This document shows, in pieces, positions 37,337 through 51,648 of a stretch of DNA of 64,000 bases. This DNA is from Felis catus. Taxonomy: Eukaryota. How positions within the stretch are numbered: position 1 is the first letter of the stretch; each line of letters begins with the position of its first letter. The stretch is taken from NCBI RefSeq assembly GCF_018350175.1, contig NC_058368.1, positions 6,758,001-6,822,000 of the forward strand, given 5' to 3'. The notes under the pieces were generated by a model that did not search any database, was not told the DNA's origin, and saw only the letters and a program-made list of their open reading frames with translations. The position numbers and the translations under genes were made by a program.

Positions 37337-39774
37337 TCTGTTATTTCCACTTTTAAGTGTTTTATTTTATTTTGTAGCTCAGAAAGGTTAACGTGAACAG
37401 AACTTGCACAGCTGGTTAAGTACAGAAGCCAGTGTCTCAGCCCAGGTTTATCCGATTCCAAAATCCGAGCTTGCCCCATCAGGCCATGTCGTCGCTTAGC
37501 TCTTAATGCCGGTAAGATCGGTGGTTCCAATGTTTGGGCTGGTAATGCTTTTTTACCCCCCAAGTTCCATCCATAGAAAATCTGGACCGGGCAGACCGTT
37601 CCTCCAGAGGCTGCTGGGTGAGAATAACTGTCCGTGTTCAAGAGGCCCAACCCATCTGTTACTGTAATCTAATTTTGTAGAACAAGGAACTAGAGGATAA
37701 TTTGGCCGTAAATCATATTTGTGTCTTTAACCAAGGGGCCAACGTCATTGATTATGTAAGAACCCATCCTCTTTGCTTATTTTAATCCTGGAGAAAACGA
37801 TAGCCTTCCCGCTGAACTCACTCTGGCCCTGATTTGGGAGACAAACTGCACTTCCTGAATCCGACCACACTCGTGCACGGGCCAGTGGAATTAGGCGCAC
37901 GGAACACCGAGACAGAGAGCCCTTCTAATTGCAGAAGTAACTCCCGAGGGATAAGGAACCCATAGCATTACCCTAAAAGCACTCGTGGGGACAGGCCTCC
38001 CGCCTGTCCCCACACCCCCAGACCGACAGCCCTGTTCGGAATCATCCCAGGGGTGGCGGCACCAGCTCTGGGTTCTGTAACAACCGCGGGGAAACCCGGA
38101 AGCCGAGCTCAGTTATCCAAACGCCAGCTCACGTGGGACCTTGATCAAATCACTGTGCATGAAGGCATCCCCTTGGGAACTGGAGAATGAGGGGTCCACA
38201 GCCAGTGGACAAGCACGATGCTGGGGACATTATCCACAGCACAGGCGCGCGGAGAATTCTCATGACGACACAGACATTTTTCTCAGCTCCACGAGTTTCC
38301 GATGATCGATCCGTTCCAGCCTGAACCGTGAAATGCTCTTCCGTAGAAACAACTGGTAAATACAACGGGTCGGTTCATAAATATTTGCTGAGCAAATGGC
38401 GGGAGTTGGGGATGGAGAGTGGCAGGTCCCCCAGGACCTTTTGCATTTATTGCCCTAGCACATTGTATAAAACTCACAGTTGCTAAGTGAGGAACCCGAG
38501 CTCCAGAGAGCACGTCGCCAATACGTGGCGGTTTTCTGCCCGCCTTTGGGCCTTGTCCTCTTCTCCGTACCACTCTCCGAGGGCATCGCAAGAGAGGACT
38601 CGTCTGTCCGGGATGAGGGGCTCCAACTTTGGCCCAGCTCTCATCCCTAGAGAAGGTCTCGGGTTTGGCCCCTTGAGAGAGTCAGCTCGAAACATCCGAT
38701 ATGTACCCGTCTGTCCGCAGGGCCCGGTGCCACGTGCAGTCAGGGATGAGCCAGACGTGGCCCCGGAACCTCGGGCAAGTTGCAGTCTGGAAGCCAGGCA
38801 AGCCCACCTGCCAAGCGCGGCCGGTCAGGGGAGACGAACGAAAGCAATTGCATCCGGCTGAGCGGCGGGTGAGGCTGCACGAGGGCTGGTGTTCCAGATC
38901 GGCCTCGAAGGATAAACAGAGGCCACGGGAATGGCATATACTCAAAGGCCTCCAAGTGGGAAAACTCAAGACTCGGGGCAGGGGAGGGGGGGGGTACGGT
39001 CCACGGGGCTGTCCGTGCGCTCGGAGCCTGTCCTCCAGGGTCCAAATCCCGGCCTCGCCACCTTGTTAGCAACGTGACTTTGCCAGCCAGTGAACCGACC
39101 CTCCACACCCTCGTTTCCTCTCCTGTAGGATGGGAAGCGATCCCGTCTGCCTTCAAGCTTCCTGCACTTTCTTCCACACCGCTTATGAACAAGCTAGGGT
39201 TCCCACAGGAGAAAAACATCCGGTGGGGGGGTGGGGGAGGGTACCAAGGTGCGCTGTGATGATGCGTGTGAAGGCCTGGGCCCGATTCTCGCCCCTAGAA
39301 GTGCTCCCCAAATATGAGCTGCTATTTTGGGTGTTTGGGGCGGCCTGATCTGACTGCAGGTCGGATACGGGCCAAAGGATCCTCCCCATCCAGAACACGC
39401 GGCACCCTGCTTGGTATCCATCAGACACTCACCGTAATAGTGTCCCTCAACCGCGCAGACCCTTCCCAGTGAAACAGAGATCCCTCCAAAGGGTAGGCAA
39501 AGGCAAGGATTAAACGGGATGTGACGCTCTCTACAACGCCCGACGCGTCGCAAATGTTACGTGAATCTGGCCTCTTCCAGAGTCAGCTCCAGGCCTTCTA
39601 GTCCTCTCTGACGCAAGATAGTACAAGTTCAGTATTTCTCAAACTGGAATCGAGGGAACACATGCATTCCATGGGATTGCATGGACGAAACATCAAAAAA
39701 AATCTTTTCTGAGATGGATCATAACAGCCACACAGGAAGAACGCTAGGCACCACTAGGTAGCTGTCTATGGTAT

Positions 39775-40002
39775 TTTTCTTTCTTTTTTTTTTTAACGTT
39801 TATTTATTTTTGAGAGAGCGAGAGAGTGAGCACGAGCAGGGGAGGGGCAGAGAGAGAGAGGGAGACACAGAATCGGAAGCAGGCTCCAGGCCCTGAGCTG
39901 TCAGCACAGAGCCCAACGCGGGGCTCGAACCCACGGACGGCGAGATCACGACCCGAGCCGGAGTCGGACGGACACTCAACCGACTGAGCCGGCCAGGCGC
40001 CC
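39775..40002 (-). mobile_element. Can-SINE
   Basis: Consensus match. Confidence 0.9.
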
Positions 40003-40871
40003 CTGTGCTATTTTTCAGTAAGGTGCGGCTAAGACTGAGGACCACAGAGATGAAATCGGGGCCAGACAGGCAGACCAACGAAACCGAAGAGAGGTTCCCC
40101 GAGAGCTACAAGTTCGTGTGGGATTTCGGCACGTGATGCAGATGGCGTGTTATCAACTCCGTGGGGAAAAGACGTTTTACTCCGTGAATGGCCCTGAAAA
40201 AAACCAGCGAGCTATTTTGATTACCTCCTTCATCCCATACAGCAAAGATTCCTACGACGTGCACAGAAAACGGATGTGATCATTTTCAAGTCGTTTTCAA
40301 AATGCCCACCTAACGACTATTCAAGCGTCTGCACTCAGCAAAAGACTCGCTATGTTGAAACACGGCCGATAAAGCACGTCACGTTTAGGGCTCCCGGGGC
40401 GTCAGCCACACCGCCTCACTCTGCACCACAAACTCGTTCCCGTTTCGGGGCCTGTGCGTCTGCTGTCCTGCCCAGTGACCGCAACGCTCTCTACCCGGCG
40501 CGTTGCACAGCCGACTCGTTTCCACCCTTCCGATTCAGCTCAGGTGTGGCCTCCTCAGAGGGCTTTGCCTCTTACCCCGATCTGTGGCAGGCCTCCCTGA
40601 TCGTCACGCCAGCCCATGGCCCTCTTCCTTCTCTTCCTACGCATCACGGTATCCAATGCTGTGTCCCGTTTGCCCTCATGGGAGCGTACCTTCCTTGAAG
40701 GCAGCCGATCTCATTCACCTCTTCGTGGCCTGGAACAGCACTGAGCACAAACTGCGTGCTTAACACGTATTTCTTGAATGGATCAACGAAGGAATGACCC
40801 CTTCAGTTGAAGTTCCTGTCCAGAGCGTCCGAATGACACTCTTTTTCAAGGAGGCGGACATGTGGTTCTTA

Positions 40872-40929
40872 AAAAAGTTTTTTTTTTTAATTTTAGAGAG
40901 AGAGCAAGAGAGGGGCAGAGGGACAGAGA

Positions 40930-40973
<44 letters not shown>

Positions 40974-41096
40974 CCCAAGCAGTCTCCATGATCAGGGCAG
41001 AGCCTGACGTGGGGCTCAATCCCACGACCCTGGGATCATGACCTGAGCAGAGACCAAGAGTCAGACGCTCGACAGACTGAGCCACCCAGGCGCCCC
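40872..41096 (-). mobile_element. Can-SINE
   Basis: Consensus match; gacatgt on both flanks. Confidence 0.9.
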
Positions 41097-43835
41097 GACA
41101 TGTTTTCTCTTAACCATAATAGAACTCTTAACTGATGAACCGGTTTTCAGTCTTCTGTTTTAGTTTTAAATGCCTACCCACCTGGGCTTGGTTTATCTCT
41201 CGTATATCTTGAGTTCAAGAAATTCTACCTATTAGAGCACTATGGCTTTGCAAAGGCACGGATTCCTACCTACGGCAACTAAAGTGTTGGCTGATTATAT
41301 TTAATACTTTGACGTCAGAAGATGATATTGCCTCCAAACCAAAGCTTCTCTGTTGGCCTTCTGCTGCCTTCTCAAGCGGCCGGCCCCCCATTCAGGCGTT
41401 CATGGCAGACGTCCAAGGGCAAAGGAGCTCCATCGGCCAGGGTTCCGTCTACAACGACTGCAGACGGGGAGTGCGTGTGCTGCTTGCTGTGTGCAAGGCA
41501 ACACCCCCTCTCCCTGTTTCCATTTCCTGCACACGTAGTGGCCTCAGACCCAGACTGATCCGTGGGAAGACTAATCGCAATGGCGTGAAACTCCCTTACG
41601 CGATGCGACCTGCTCCCCACACCTGTCCCTGTTGGCAGCTCCAGGCCCAGAATTCCTTCCAGCTCTTTTCCTCTGCACCTCGAACTTTTAGCAAAGGGCA
41701 AAACCAAAATGCTTTTACTAAATGCACGTGCTCTCTAGATGACAGCTCTCCCCAACAGAGTCAAACAGAGAAGGAATGGGATATTGCCTGTGGCCAATGG
41801 TCTTTTCCAGAGATGGCCGCGGTCACCTCCTATCCCACCTGTTCTTGCAGGGTGGCCCAAACATCCCTCCCACCACGGGATGGGATAGAGAGACGTCCAC
41901 CTCCCGTCAATCTGAGTGAGCCTTTGGAGCGGACTCAACCGATGCTGTAAGGCGGACGTGAGGCCGCGTGGCTTCCGAAGACAGATCACCAAAACACCAT
42001 CGTGCACTACCGCCTCGCTCTCTCGGGATACTCCCTGTTGGATCCCAGCCGCCATTCTGTGAGTTGAGTTTGAGGTGTCGGTGTGACGTCTGTGTGGAGC
42101 TGCCCAGGCGACACAACTGGACACATGGGCCTAGAACCCCACGCACCTGGGCTAGCGGTGAAGCTCTGATAGGGTCTGGCGTCAGGTGATCATTGAAGCT
42201 GTGGGAGCGGATGGAGATGCCCAGGAAGGAGAAAAGAGCAAAGAGCCCGGAAGAGAACCCCGGAGAACAGCAATACCCTGGGACCGAGCGGAACCCCCCC
42301 TCCCACCGACTTCCGCAGCTAATTCTTCAATCGTGCCCTCCAGGTTGTGTGTCAGCATCTTGTGTCCCAACCCCCCAGCTCGGTTCCTCCTGCCACCACC
42401 TCGTCCAGGCTCTCAAGCCTTCTTGATCGGATTACCACAAGCTTCTCGTTGGTCTCCCTCTTCCAATCAGGAGGGATTGACATCCACACGGCTACTAAAA
42501 TGAGCCCCCCAGAACGTCGTTCTGCGAAATTAGTCATCTACTTCAAACACTTCGAAGGTCCCCGGGGTCCATTTCCGTAAAATCCGAACTTGTGAGCTTC
42601 ATCCATCAGGCCTCTTGGATTTAGAACACCTTGCTTGCCTCGAATTGCCAAAGGTACCCTGCTTGAGCCACGTGAAACCCACGTTTCCCAAATATGCAGT
42701 GCTCTTCTGTGCCGGGGGCCTTCCCACATCCTTGTTTCTTTCTACCTGGGATGCCTCCCCGTCTCCTTTCCCCGATCCGGATAACCTTCCTTCTTGAAGG
42801 CTCGGTCCAAGTAGCATGTCCTCCGGGAGGCCCTCCCTGCCCGGCAATCTGATTTAGGATGCTCTTGCCCTGTCCCCACGTTACCTTATTTATGTGCCCA
42901 TTATGGCTCTCAACACTCCGCATCACTGCAATTAATTCTCGATTTGTCTTGTTTCCTTCCTGAACTGAATATACGACGTCGCATTCAACTCTGTGATCTC
43001 GGCAACTGGCGCCTAATAGCAGACACTTTTCTTACTTACGTTTTCTTTTTCTTTCTTTCTTTTTTTTTTTTAATGAGCTAATGTCCTACACCGTAAGCTC
43101 CACGAGAACAGAAATCACGTCTTGGTCATCCTGTCATCTTGACGTCCCACGCGACAATGGGTGCGATGCTTTTCCCATAATGCCTCCTTCCCCCAGTTCA
43201 GGAAGGAGCTAAGAAATGAGTGTTGGGTTGCAGCCCAAGTTTCTAGACGACACTATGGGAGCAACTGTTGCCCTGAACTCGGCGTTTCTCAACACTCCTA
43301 CGTGATAGTATTACTTCTGCCATTTTATGAGCGAGGAAATGTGGGCTCAGGGGGCTGAGTGACTTGCTTAAGGTCCTGAGGCCGGAAGGGCCTGCTTGCT
43401 GGTTCGGTGCGTGCGATTTCGTGACATGCCAAGAGGGCAGTAAACATTACAGTCACGGAGTGATCAACAGTTCAGACCCAGACTGGGAAACACCCCAAGA
43501 AACCTCTGCCGGAGACACTTGGAGAAGATTCTCCGGCACAGACCACTGAGCCATCACACAGCAGCTGGGACTGAAGGATGGTTCCAGAGCCTCTTAGCTC
43601 CGTCTGGACCGCACCACCTGCATCCCACAGTGGGCAGCAGCCAACTTCCGGGAGTTTCTTCAGACCTCGCCAGACCAGGGTTTGATCTACCCAGCAGTAA
43701 ATCCACTTTGCATAACTTCTTTCCAAAAGTTTTCAAGTTGCCCATCAACGTTTTTTTTTTTTAATCCTTAGCCGCTCCAGGGTCCTTAAAATCGATCAGT
43801 TTTCCATAAAAGAAAGGAAGTATTTTGTTGTTGTT

Positions 43836-44408
43836 AATTTTATTTTACATCCAAATTAGCATCTAGTGCAACGATTTCGGGAGTAGATTCCTTCCCCATT
43901 TAGCCCATCCCCCCTCCCTCAACCCCTCCAGTAACCCTGTTTGTTCTCCTTATTTATGCTTTGTCCCCCTCCCTGTTGTTATATTATTTTTGTTTCCCTC
44001 CCATTGTGTTCATGTTTTGTCTCTTAAATTCCTCATGAGTGAAGTCATATGATGTCTTTCTCTGGCTAATTTCACTTAGCATAATACCCTCCAGTTCCAT
44101 CCACATAGTTGCAAATGGCAAGATTTCATTCTTTTTGATTGCCGAGTAATACTCCATTGTGTATATATACCACATCTTCTTTACCCATTCATCCATCAAT
44201 GGACATTTGGGCTCTTTCCACCCTTCGGCTATTGTGGATGGTGCTGCTATAAACATGGGGGTGCACGTGTCCCTCCGAAACAGCACACCTGTATCCCTTG
44301 GATAAATACCTAGCAGTGCGATTGCTGGGTCGTAGGGTAGTTCTATTTTTAGTTTCTCGAGGAACCTCCATACTGGTTTCCAGAGCGGCTGTACCAGCTT
44401 GCATTCCC
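43836..44408 (-). mobile_element. Feline L1 3' fragment
   Basis: Same ORF2 C-terminus (DTCTPMFIAA...MEYYSAIKKNEILPFAT) and 3'UTR as 18250-18872; tgttgttg on both flanks as a probable TSD. Confidence 0.92.
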
Positions 44409-45097
44409 ATGTTGTTGCTGTTTTAATGCAAGGGCAAATGACACAGATGTAATTATTTCCAGGAAAAGCTTCTTCAACACGAGGCTAATTTCACCAATCT
44501 GTCCTCAGTTATCAAATGCCTCAAAACCGCTACAGACTTGGTAACACGTCCGGCGGGCTCATCAAAACCGAGTAATTACCTCAGAAGTACAACAGTCCTT
44601 CCAACTTTGTACCGCATCTTAAATTCTAAAGTCAAGGCTTTGCGTGTCTGGCACGTGGGGGTACACGCTGAGCGTGTGAAGGCCAACGGTGCACACGCGA
44701 CCACGGCGAGACCTCCCCAAACTGCCAGGCAATGCCGGTTTATGAAAGGCAAATGCTCGTAAACAAATTGTACCTCCACGCCTCGGAGCACCATGATCTG
44801 ACCCCAAGCCTGGTCCTCTTCGTGGGCTCCCAGCAAAAGGCTCCCCTCTCCCCAGGTGTGCAAGCTAAGAGTCCCCCCCCCCACCCCAACATGCCTTTTC
44901 CCTCATCCCCTGCCAGCCAGTTCAGTCCCAAGTCCCGTCCCCCCGAGGTCTCATCACACCCACGCTGGCCCCCTCCACACCCCTCTCCACACCACAGCCA
45001 CGAGTACCTTCTGAAAGCAGAATCTCCCCACCCCTGCCTGCTTTGGGCATAGGATCATAAACTTTAACCCCAGTTTGTATCTTTACTTTCAATACAT

Positions 45098-45307
45098 TAA
45101 ATTATTTTATTTGAGAGAGAGAGAGAGAGAAAGAGAACGAGCATGAGCAGGGGAGGGGCAGAGAGAGAGGGAGACACAGAATCCGAAGCGGGCTCCAGGC
45201 TCTGAGCCATCAGCACAGAGCCCGACGCGGGGCTCGAACTCACGAACCATGAGATCATGAGCTGAGCTGAAGTCAGATGCCCAACCGACTAGCCATCCAG
45301 GCGTCCC
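45098..45307 (-). mobile_element. Can-SINE
   Basis: Consensus match. Confidence 0.9.
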
Positions 45308-45711
45308 TCGAACCAGTTGTAATCAAGAGCTGTATAAAGACTACATATGACGTATGGAAATCAGATACTACACTACCCATACTGTGTTTATGACAGGAAT
45401 TCAAAAATATATCTGTTGAACAGAGTGCAACAGTTGATACGACTTTTCGAATGATAAATACACGTTAACACTGGGAAAGCAGGTAAGGGGTTACTGGTAG
45501 TTCTGTTCTCTGAAGCCTCCGTTATTAGATCTAATAATCTAACCCATGGACACGCAACTTTGCAAGTTTACCTTCCTCATCGTTCTATCATCCCTGTTTT
45601 TTCCCCCTTAAAGTGCGTGCAAAAACTCTGGCAGGTTATACAAAACCAGCCAGTAGAAGTCAAGAAAATGTTCATTTCTGCAGCCTAAAATAAACAGCAT
45701 TTGGAAACTGG

Positions 45712-45924
45712 TTTTTTTAAGTTTATTTATTTTTGAGAGATAGGCGGGGGGCGGGGGGGAGGGGGAAGGAGAACCAACAGGCAGGCGGGGGGGGACAGAG
45801 AGGGGGAGACAGAGTCCAAAGCAGGCTCCAGGCTCGGACTGTCAGCACAGAGCCGGATGCGGGGCTCGAACCCACGCTGGAGCTGAAGTCGGATGCTCAA
45901 CCCACTGGGCCACCCAGGCGCCCC
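45712..45924 (-). mobile_element. Can-SINE
   Basis: TSD aactggttt. Confidence 0.88.
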
Positions 45925-47334
45925 TGGTAACTGGTTTCCACCTGAAGGGAAAAGCTACCAGTGAACAAAAATTTGTTAAAAAAAAAAAAACACACACACA
46001 CATCCAATCACCGCATTCATCATCCCAAACTGTGCAGAGACAGCATGATTTTACTGCTTTGTTTTCTGGGCCTCGCAGCGGATGAAGACCTTGGAACGAC
46101 ATGGCTGAATCGAGCAAAATCAGGATGTCACTTTATATTCTCCTGCAATGTTACTTATAAATGACCCAACATGCGTTTTTCCGCGTGCGCCTGGGGAGCA
46201 GCGCGTCCCTCCTGAAAAGCGAGGTTAGGGTTCAGGCCGCTTTGCATGGGTCTTCTGTTAAGTCGGTCACAATTCCGCAGCCTCTAAAATCCAAAGGACC
46301 TGAAGTTTCTTCCGGAGAAAGCATTTGGAGCCGTGGTGGGAAGTGCTGTGTTGAGCGGGGAAGCCGGCCCAAGGCCATCCTGCCTGCTCCACCTGGAGGC
46401 AAAGCGAGTCTGGAGGCAAATCCGGAGTCTGGTGTTTGTATTCAACCCACCGCGCTCCTCCCAAGTCAGGGACTGGGGACGGGATGCTTCCCATCCCAAA
46501 GACCTGCGGCAACCTAATGACTGAGTCCTAACGACTGTGTGTGGATACAGGGCAAAGTATGAGCCCTGGGATGCAAACTAGGGCCCGGGGCTCACCCTCC
46601 GGCTCCCTGCCCCCTCCGGGAAGAAGAGGACCTTCTCTAGCACAATCTCCCGGCCAGTCTGAGAGCCCCACCTACAGTCAAATGAAGAGGAGCGCTTCAT
46701 TTCTTAGTTTCTGGGTTCCTCACTGTAGCCGAACCACCAGAAGGCTTTCCCTGTACCTGATATGACCTCTCTGCCCTTCCCACCCCTCCGGCTCAGTTCA
46801 GCCACCACAGCAAAACACCCTCCAGGCGGGAACCCTCCCCAGGGTCCCCTCCCCACCCCTCCCCTGAAATTTCCCAAGACCCTTCCTCACGTGATCGGGT
46901 TTTTCCAGATAATGCTCCAGGTCAACACTTGGTTGGCGATAATAACCGTACAGAGAGACGATCTAGAACGATCTAGAACGTTCGAGGAGTTCTGCCCCAA
47001 CGAGTCCCGAACCCAGATGATGAGAGTCTCCCGCGAGCTTGCCAAACCTGGATGTCTCCTCTCCAGTGAATCAAAAATCGCTGCGGGTGGGTCTCAGGAA
47101 TCTGAACATCTGTACAACTCCCCCAGTGATTCTGCTCAGCACCCAGATATGGGAATGACTCGGCAAATCAATATACAGTGGGACTGTTTTTCTTGACCTT
47201 AAAGCAGAACGTCGCTTATTTGAACACAAATTAGGAGGTAGGAAGTTTTAATTAAGTCGTGATGCCAGGGTTTAATTATAGGGCAAATCATTGGCAACAG
47301 GTGAGGAAATTTAAGAAAGGAGCCAGTTATTATT

Positions 47335-47514
47335 ATTTAATGATTATTTTTGAGAGAGAGGTCGAGCGAGGGAGGGGCAGAGGGGGACGGAGGGCCCGAA
47401 GCAGGCTCTGTGCTGTAGCAGCGAGCCTTATGCGGGGCTCGAACCCACGAATTGTGAGATCACTAACCCGAGCCGAAGTTGGGACGCTTAACCAACTGAG
47501 CTACCCAGGCACCC
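47335..47514 (-). mobile_element. Can-SINE
   Basis: TSD-like aaaggagc(c/t). Confidence 0.85.
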
Positions 47515-48566
47515 CAAAAGGAGCTGATTATTGAGGGGGATTATAATAAGAGGCCTAGGACACAGAATAGCATAAGCCTGTTTTCTCGGGAATCGGGTCC
47601 ATAGTAGCAACTTGAGTGAGAATTCCCGAGAGTAAGTTAGAGTTTCTCCTTAGGAAAAAGGGGAGCAAAGTATGGGAAGCAGGCTTAGAAATCCTATTAC
47701 CAAAGAATATTATGAGTGTTTTTCAATTCCTTTTACACTTCGTATCCCCAACCCCTTTGACTGTTTTCGATCCCCAGATCTCTCTGCGAGCCTAGCAATC
47801 CGCCCGCATCCCGTGGAGGTCAAGGATACCTTTCTACCCCATTCTTCTCCACCTGTTCTGTGTAGCTGTGTACGTGTTCAGATGCACAACTGACCTTCCT
47901 CACAGGCTACTTCCTGACTCCTTTCTAGGTGGTGGACTCCTCGGAGGCGAAAACTATGCCTTCACCTGTAGGCACAGTAATGGCCTACAGAGAGCGTATT
48001 AGTTATTTGTGAACTTTCTGTAATTAGTATTAGCTATCTGTAAAAATCTTTGGATCGTCTCCAACTCTTCCAAAAACTGAAAAGGAGGGATTACTTCCTA
48101 ACTCATTCTATGAGGCCAGCATTACTGAGACCAAAGCCGGACAAAGGCAATTAAGAACACGTGACCAAAAAGAAAACAAAAAACCACAAAAAACCACTAC
48201 AGACCAGTAGGCCCTATAAACACTCAGGCAAAAATCATCAACAAAGTACGACAAACCGAATTCGGCAGCGTATTAAAAGGGATCAGACACCAAGGCCACA
48301 TACGATTTACTCCCCAAATGCAAGGATTGTTCAACCTATGAAAATCACTGTAACACATTCACAAAATGAAGCCACTCTCCCTCCCCCTCGCGACCATCTC
48401 AATGATACAGCATTTCACAAAATTCAATACCCCTTCTCGAGACAAACCTTCAAACTAGAGAGAGGAGAGACTAACCTCCTCGACAGGACGAAGGCCATAC
48501 ATGAAAAATGTGCAACGTGGGGCTGACATTGCACTCGATGGTGCCGGGTTGAAAGCTTTTTCTTCC

Positions 48567-48788
48567 GGGGGGCCTGGGTGGCTCGGTCGGTTAAGCGTCG
48601 GATTTCGGCTCAGGTCATGATCTCACGGTCCGTGAGTTCAAGCCCCGCGTCGGGCTCTGTGCTGACAGCTCAGAGCCTGGAGCCTGTTTCAGATTCTGTG
48701 TCTCCCTCTCTTTCTGCCCCTCCCCTGTTCATGCTCTGTCTCCCTCTGTCTCAAAAATAAATAAACGTTAAAAAAAATTTTAAAAAAA
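48567..48788 (+). mobile_element. Can-SINE (SINEC_Fc)
   Basis: TSD gaaagctttttcttc. Confidence 0.93.
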
Positions 48789-49205
48789 GAAAGCTTTTTC
48801 TTCTTAGACCAGGAACAAGGCAAGGATGCCAGGTTTCACCACTTTTTATTCAATGCAGTGTTGAAAGCTCTAGCCAGAGCAATGAGGCAAGAGAAAAAGA
48901 AATCAAGGGCACACAAATCTGAAAAAGATGAAGTATCTGTTTGCAAATGACAGGATCTTATGGGTAGAAAATCCTAAAGGCTGCCCCCAAAACTGTTAGA
49001 ATAAACAAATTCAGCAAAGTTGCAAGATACAAAATACACAAAACTCAGCTGCGTTTCTAACTGCACTCACAAATGAACAATCTGAAAAAGGAAATTAGGG
49101 GAGCAATCCATTGACAATAGCATCAAAGCCAATACAATACTTAGGAATAAACTTAACCAAGGGTACACTGAAAACTATAAAATATTGCTGAAAGAAATTA
49201 AAGAC

Positions 49206-49395
49206 GGGGGCGCCTGGGTGGCTTAGTCAGTTGGGTGCCGGCTCTTGATCTCAGCTCAGGTTATGATCTCACCGACGGTTCATGAGATCAAGTCCTACAT
49301 CCGGCTTTGCGCTGACAGCGGGGAGCCTGCTTGGGATTCTGCCCCTCCCTCCCTCCCTCCCTGCCTCAAAATAAATAACCATACAAAAGAAAGAA
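49206..49395 (+). mobile_element. Can-SINE
   Basis: TSD-like aaagaaattaaaga / aaagaaactaaagg. Confidence 0.87.
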
Positions 49396-50034
49396 AAGAA
49401 ACTAAAGGCAACATAAATTTGAAGACACCTCGTGTTCGTGGACTGGAAGACAGATTCAATGCAATTCCTATCAAAACCTCAATAGCAATTTTTGCATAAG
49501 CTTCATTTATTGTTTTAAATTTAAATTCTAAAGTTTGTATGAAATTTCATGGGACCCTAAACAGCCAAAACAATCTTTAAAAAGAACAACAAAGTTGGAG
49601 GCCTCAAACAAAACTCACTACACTGTAAGTGCAATGAAAAGTGTGCCTGTGGCCTAACAACAGACACACAGACCAATGGAATAGAACAGAGCCCAGAAAT
49701 AAACCCTCACATATAACGGCCAACGGATTTTGACAAAAGAGCCAAGATCATTCAATGGGGAAAGGACAGTCTCTTCAACAAGTGGTGCTGGGAAAACGGG
49801 ATATCCACGTGCTAAAGAATGAAGCCGGACTCTTACACTGTAAAGATTAACTCAAAATAGATCAAAGCCCTAAACCTGAGAGCTAAAATATATAAAGCTT
49901 TTAACAGAAAACACAGAGGAAAAGTCTCATGACACTGGATTTGGTGATTTCTTAGATAGGACACCAAAGGCACAGTTGATCAACTGGACTGTGTTAATAT
50001 TAAAAGCTTTAAATATATATATATATATATTTCA

Positions 50035-50231
50035 TGTTTGTTTATTTTTGAGAGGGAGACAGAGTGTAAGCCAGGGAGGGGCAGAGAGAGAGGCAGACAC
50101 AGAATCCGAAGCAGGCTCCAGGCTCTGAGCCGTCAGCACAGAGCCCGACGCGGGGCTCGAACCCATGAACTGCAAGATCGTGACCTGAGCCAAAGTCGGA
50201 TGCTCGGCCGACTGAGCCGCCCAGGTGCCCC
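50035..50231 (-). mobile_element. Can-SINE
   Basis: TSD aatattaaaa(g/a)cttt. Confidence 0.92.
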
Positions 50232-51648
50232 AATATTAAAAACTTTCGTGCATCAAAGGCCACTCCATCGGAGAGTGAAAAGACAACTCTCGGAATGGGA
50301 GAAAATATCTGAAAAGGGATTTATATTCAGAACTTCTAAAGAACCCCCACACATAAACAATCCACTATTTAAAAATACACATCCAATTAAAAAAAAAAAA
50401 TAGACAAAGACCTTGAATAGACATTTCTCCAAAGAAGTTCTAAAAATGGCCAGTAAACACATGAAATACTGCTCAACATCACTTCTCATCGGGGAAATGC
50501 AAATCAAAACCACAGTGAGCTATCCCACCACCCCAGCTGGGACGGCCACCACCAAAAAAACCTCCAGAGAAAAGAACAAGTGTTTATACAGGAACCGGAA
50601 TGCTACTGCCCTGCTGGTGGGGAATGTAAAGCAGGGCAGCCATTGTAGAAAACCACATGGAAAACAGTTCCTTAAAGAGTTAAGCCTAGAACCACCGTAT
50701 GACCCAGCAATTTCTCGTATATACCTGGAAGAACTGAAATCAGGGCCTCAAACAGATAGTTGTGTTCACAGTGGCGTCACTCACGATAGCGAAGAAGTGG
50801 AAACCACCCAAATGCCCACCAAGAGATGAAGGTCTAAAAATGGGGTGCATCCATACAATGGAGTATTACAGAGTCTTAACAGGGAAGGAGATTCGGACAC
50901 CTGCTTCAACCTGAGTGAATCTTGAAACATTAAATGGAGGAAGCCAGATCCAAGGGTACAAACACCGTGTATTTCACTGATAGGAGTTAGCTAGAGCAAT
51001 CACACGGATAAAGATAGAGAGTAGAAAAGTGACTAGGGAAATGGGGAGTTAGTATTTAATGGGTAGAGTTTGTTTGGGAAGATGAAAAATCCTAGAGATG
51101 GAGAGCGGTGATGGCTGCACAACATGGATGGTGCTTAACGTCACTTAGCTGCCCACTTAAAAATGGCAGAAGCAGGAAACTCCAGGCTACGTGCATCTTC
51201 TGCCATAAAAGAGAACCCTTTGATTATGAAACCACAGAGAAGAGCCTGGCAATGAAGGTACACCTATTTGAAATCTGGATCTGCTGTTTTCCGGCTGAGG
51301 GACTCTGGGACAATCACTCAACCTCTGGAGAGTTTTAGTTTCTTCTTAACAGTAAGAAAAAGTAAAATGCTGAGTGTAGGGCCTATCATGCCATCAACTA
51401 ACAAGTGATGGGTTATTTTAGCAGCTCTGGAAATTCTATGTTATCATAGTAAAACATAAATGACAAAAGGTAAAAAGCTCCAGACGAACATGAACACATA
51501 CTGGGTGACAAGGACACTTGAAAAAAAAAGGGAGGGAAAGTCTTGGCTTTTCAACAGTTCATGAGAAGCTGTCTTGAATACAGCGAATTTCACTTATTAA
51601 AAGTTCAGTATGAAGCATGTGATAGAGATATCTAAAAAAGAGAATGCA

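Larger units (their letters stand above)
48050..51210 (+). mobile_element. Old LINE-1 (L1MB-like), ORF2 remnants to 3'UTR, with three nested SINEs
   Basis: acttcctaactcattctatgaggccagcatt; tcagcaaagttgcaagatacaaa; gacatttctccaaagaag; 3' end ctagagatggagagcggtgatggctgcacaac...cacttaaaaatgg. Confidence 0.85.

Noticed and set aside
41309..41950. 213-aa ORF
   Set aside because: Non-ATG start, no recognisable homology or splice context; expected by chance in GC-rich DNA.
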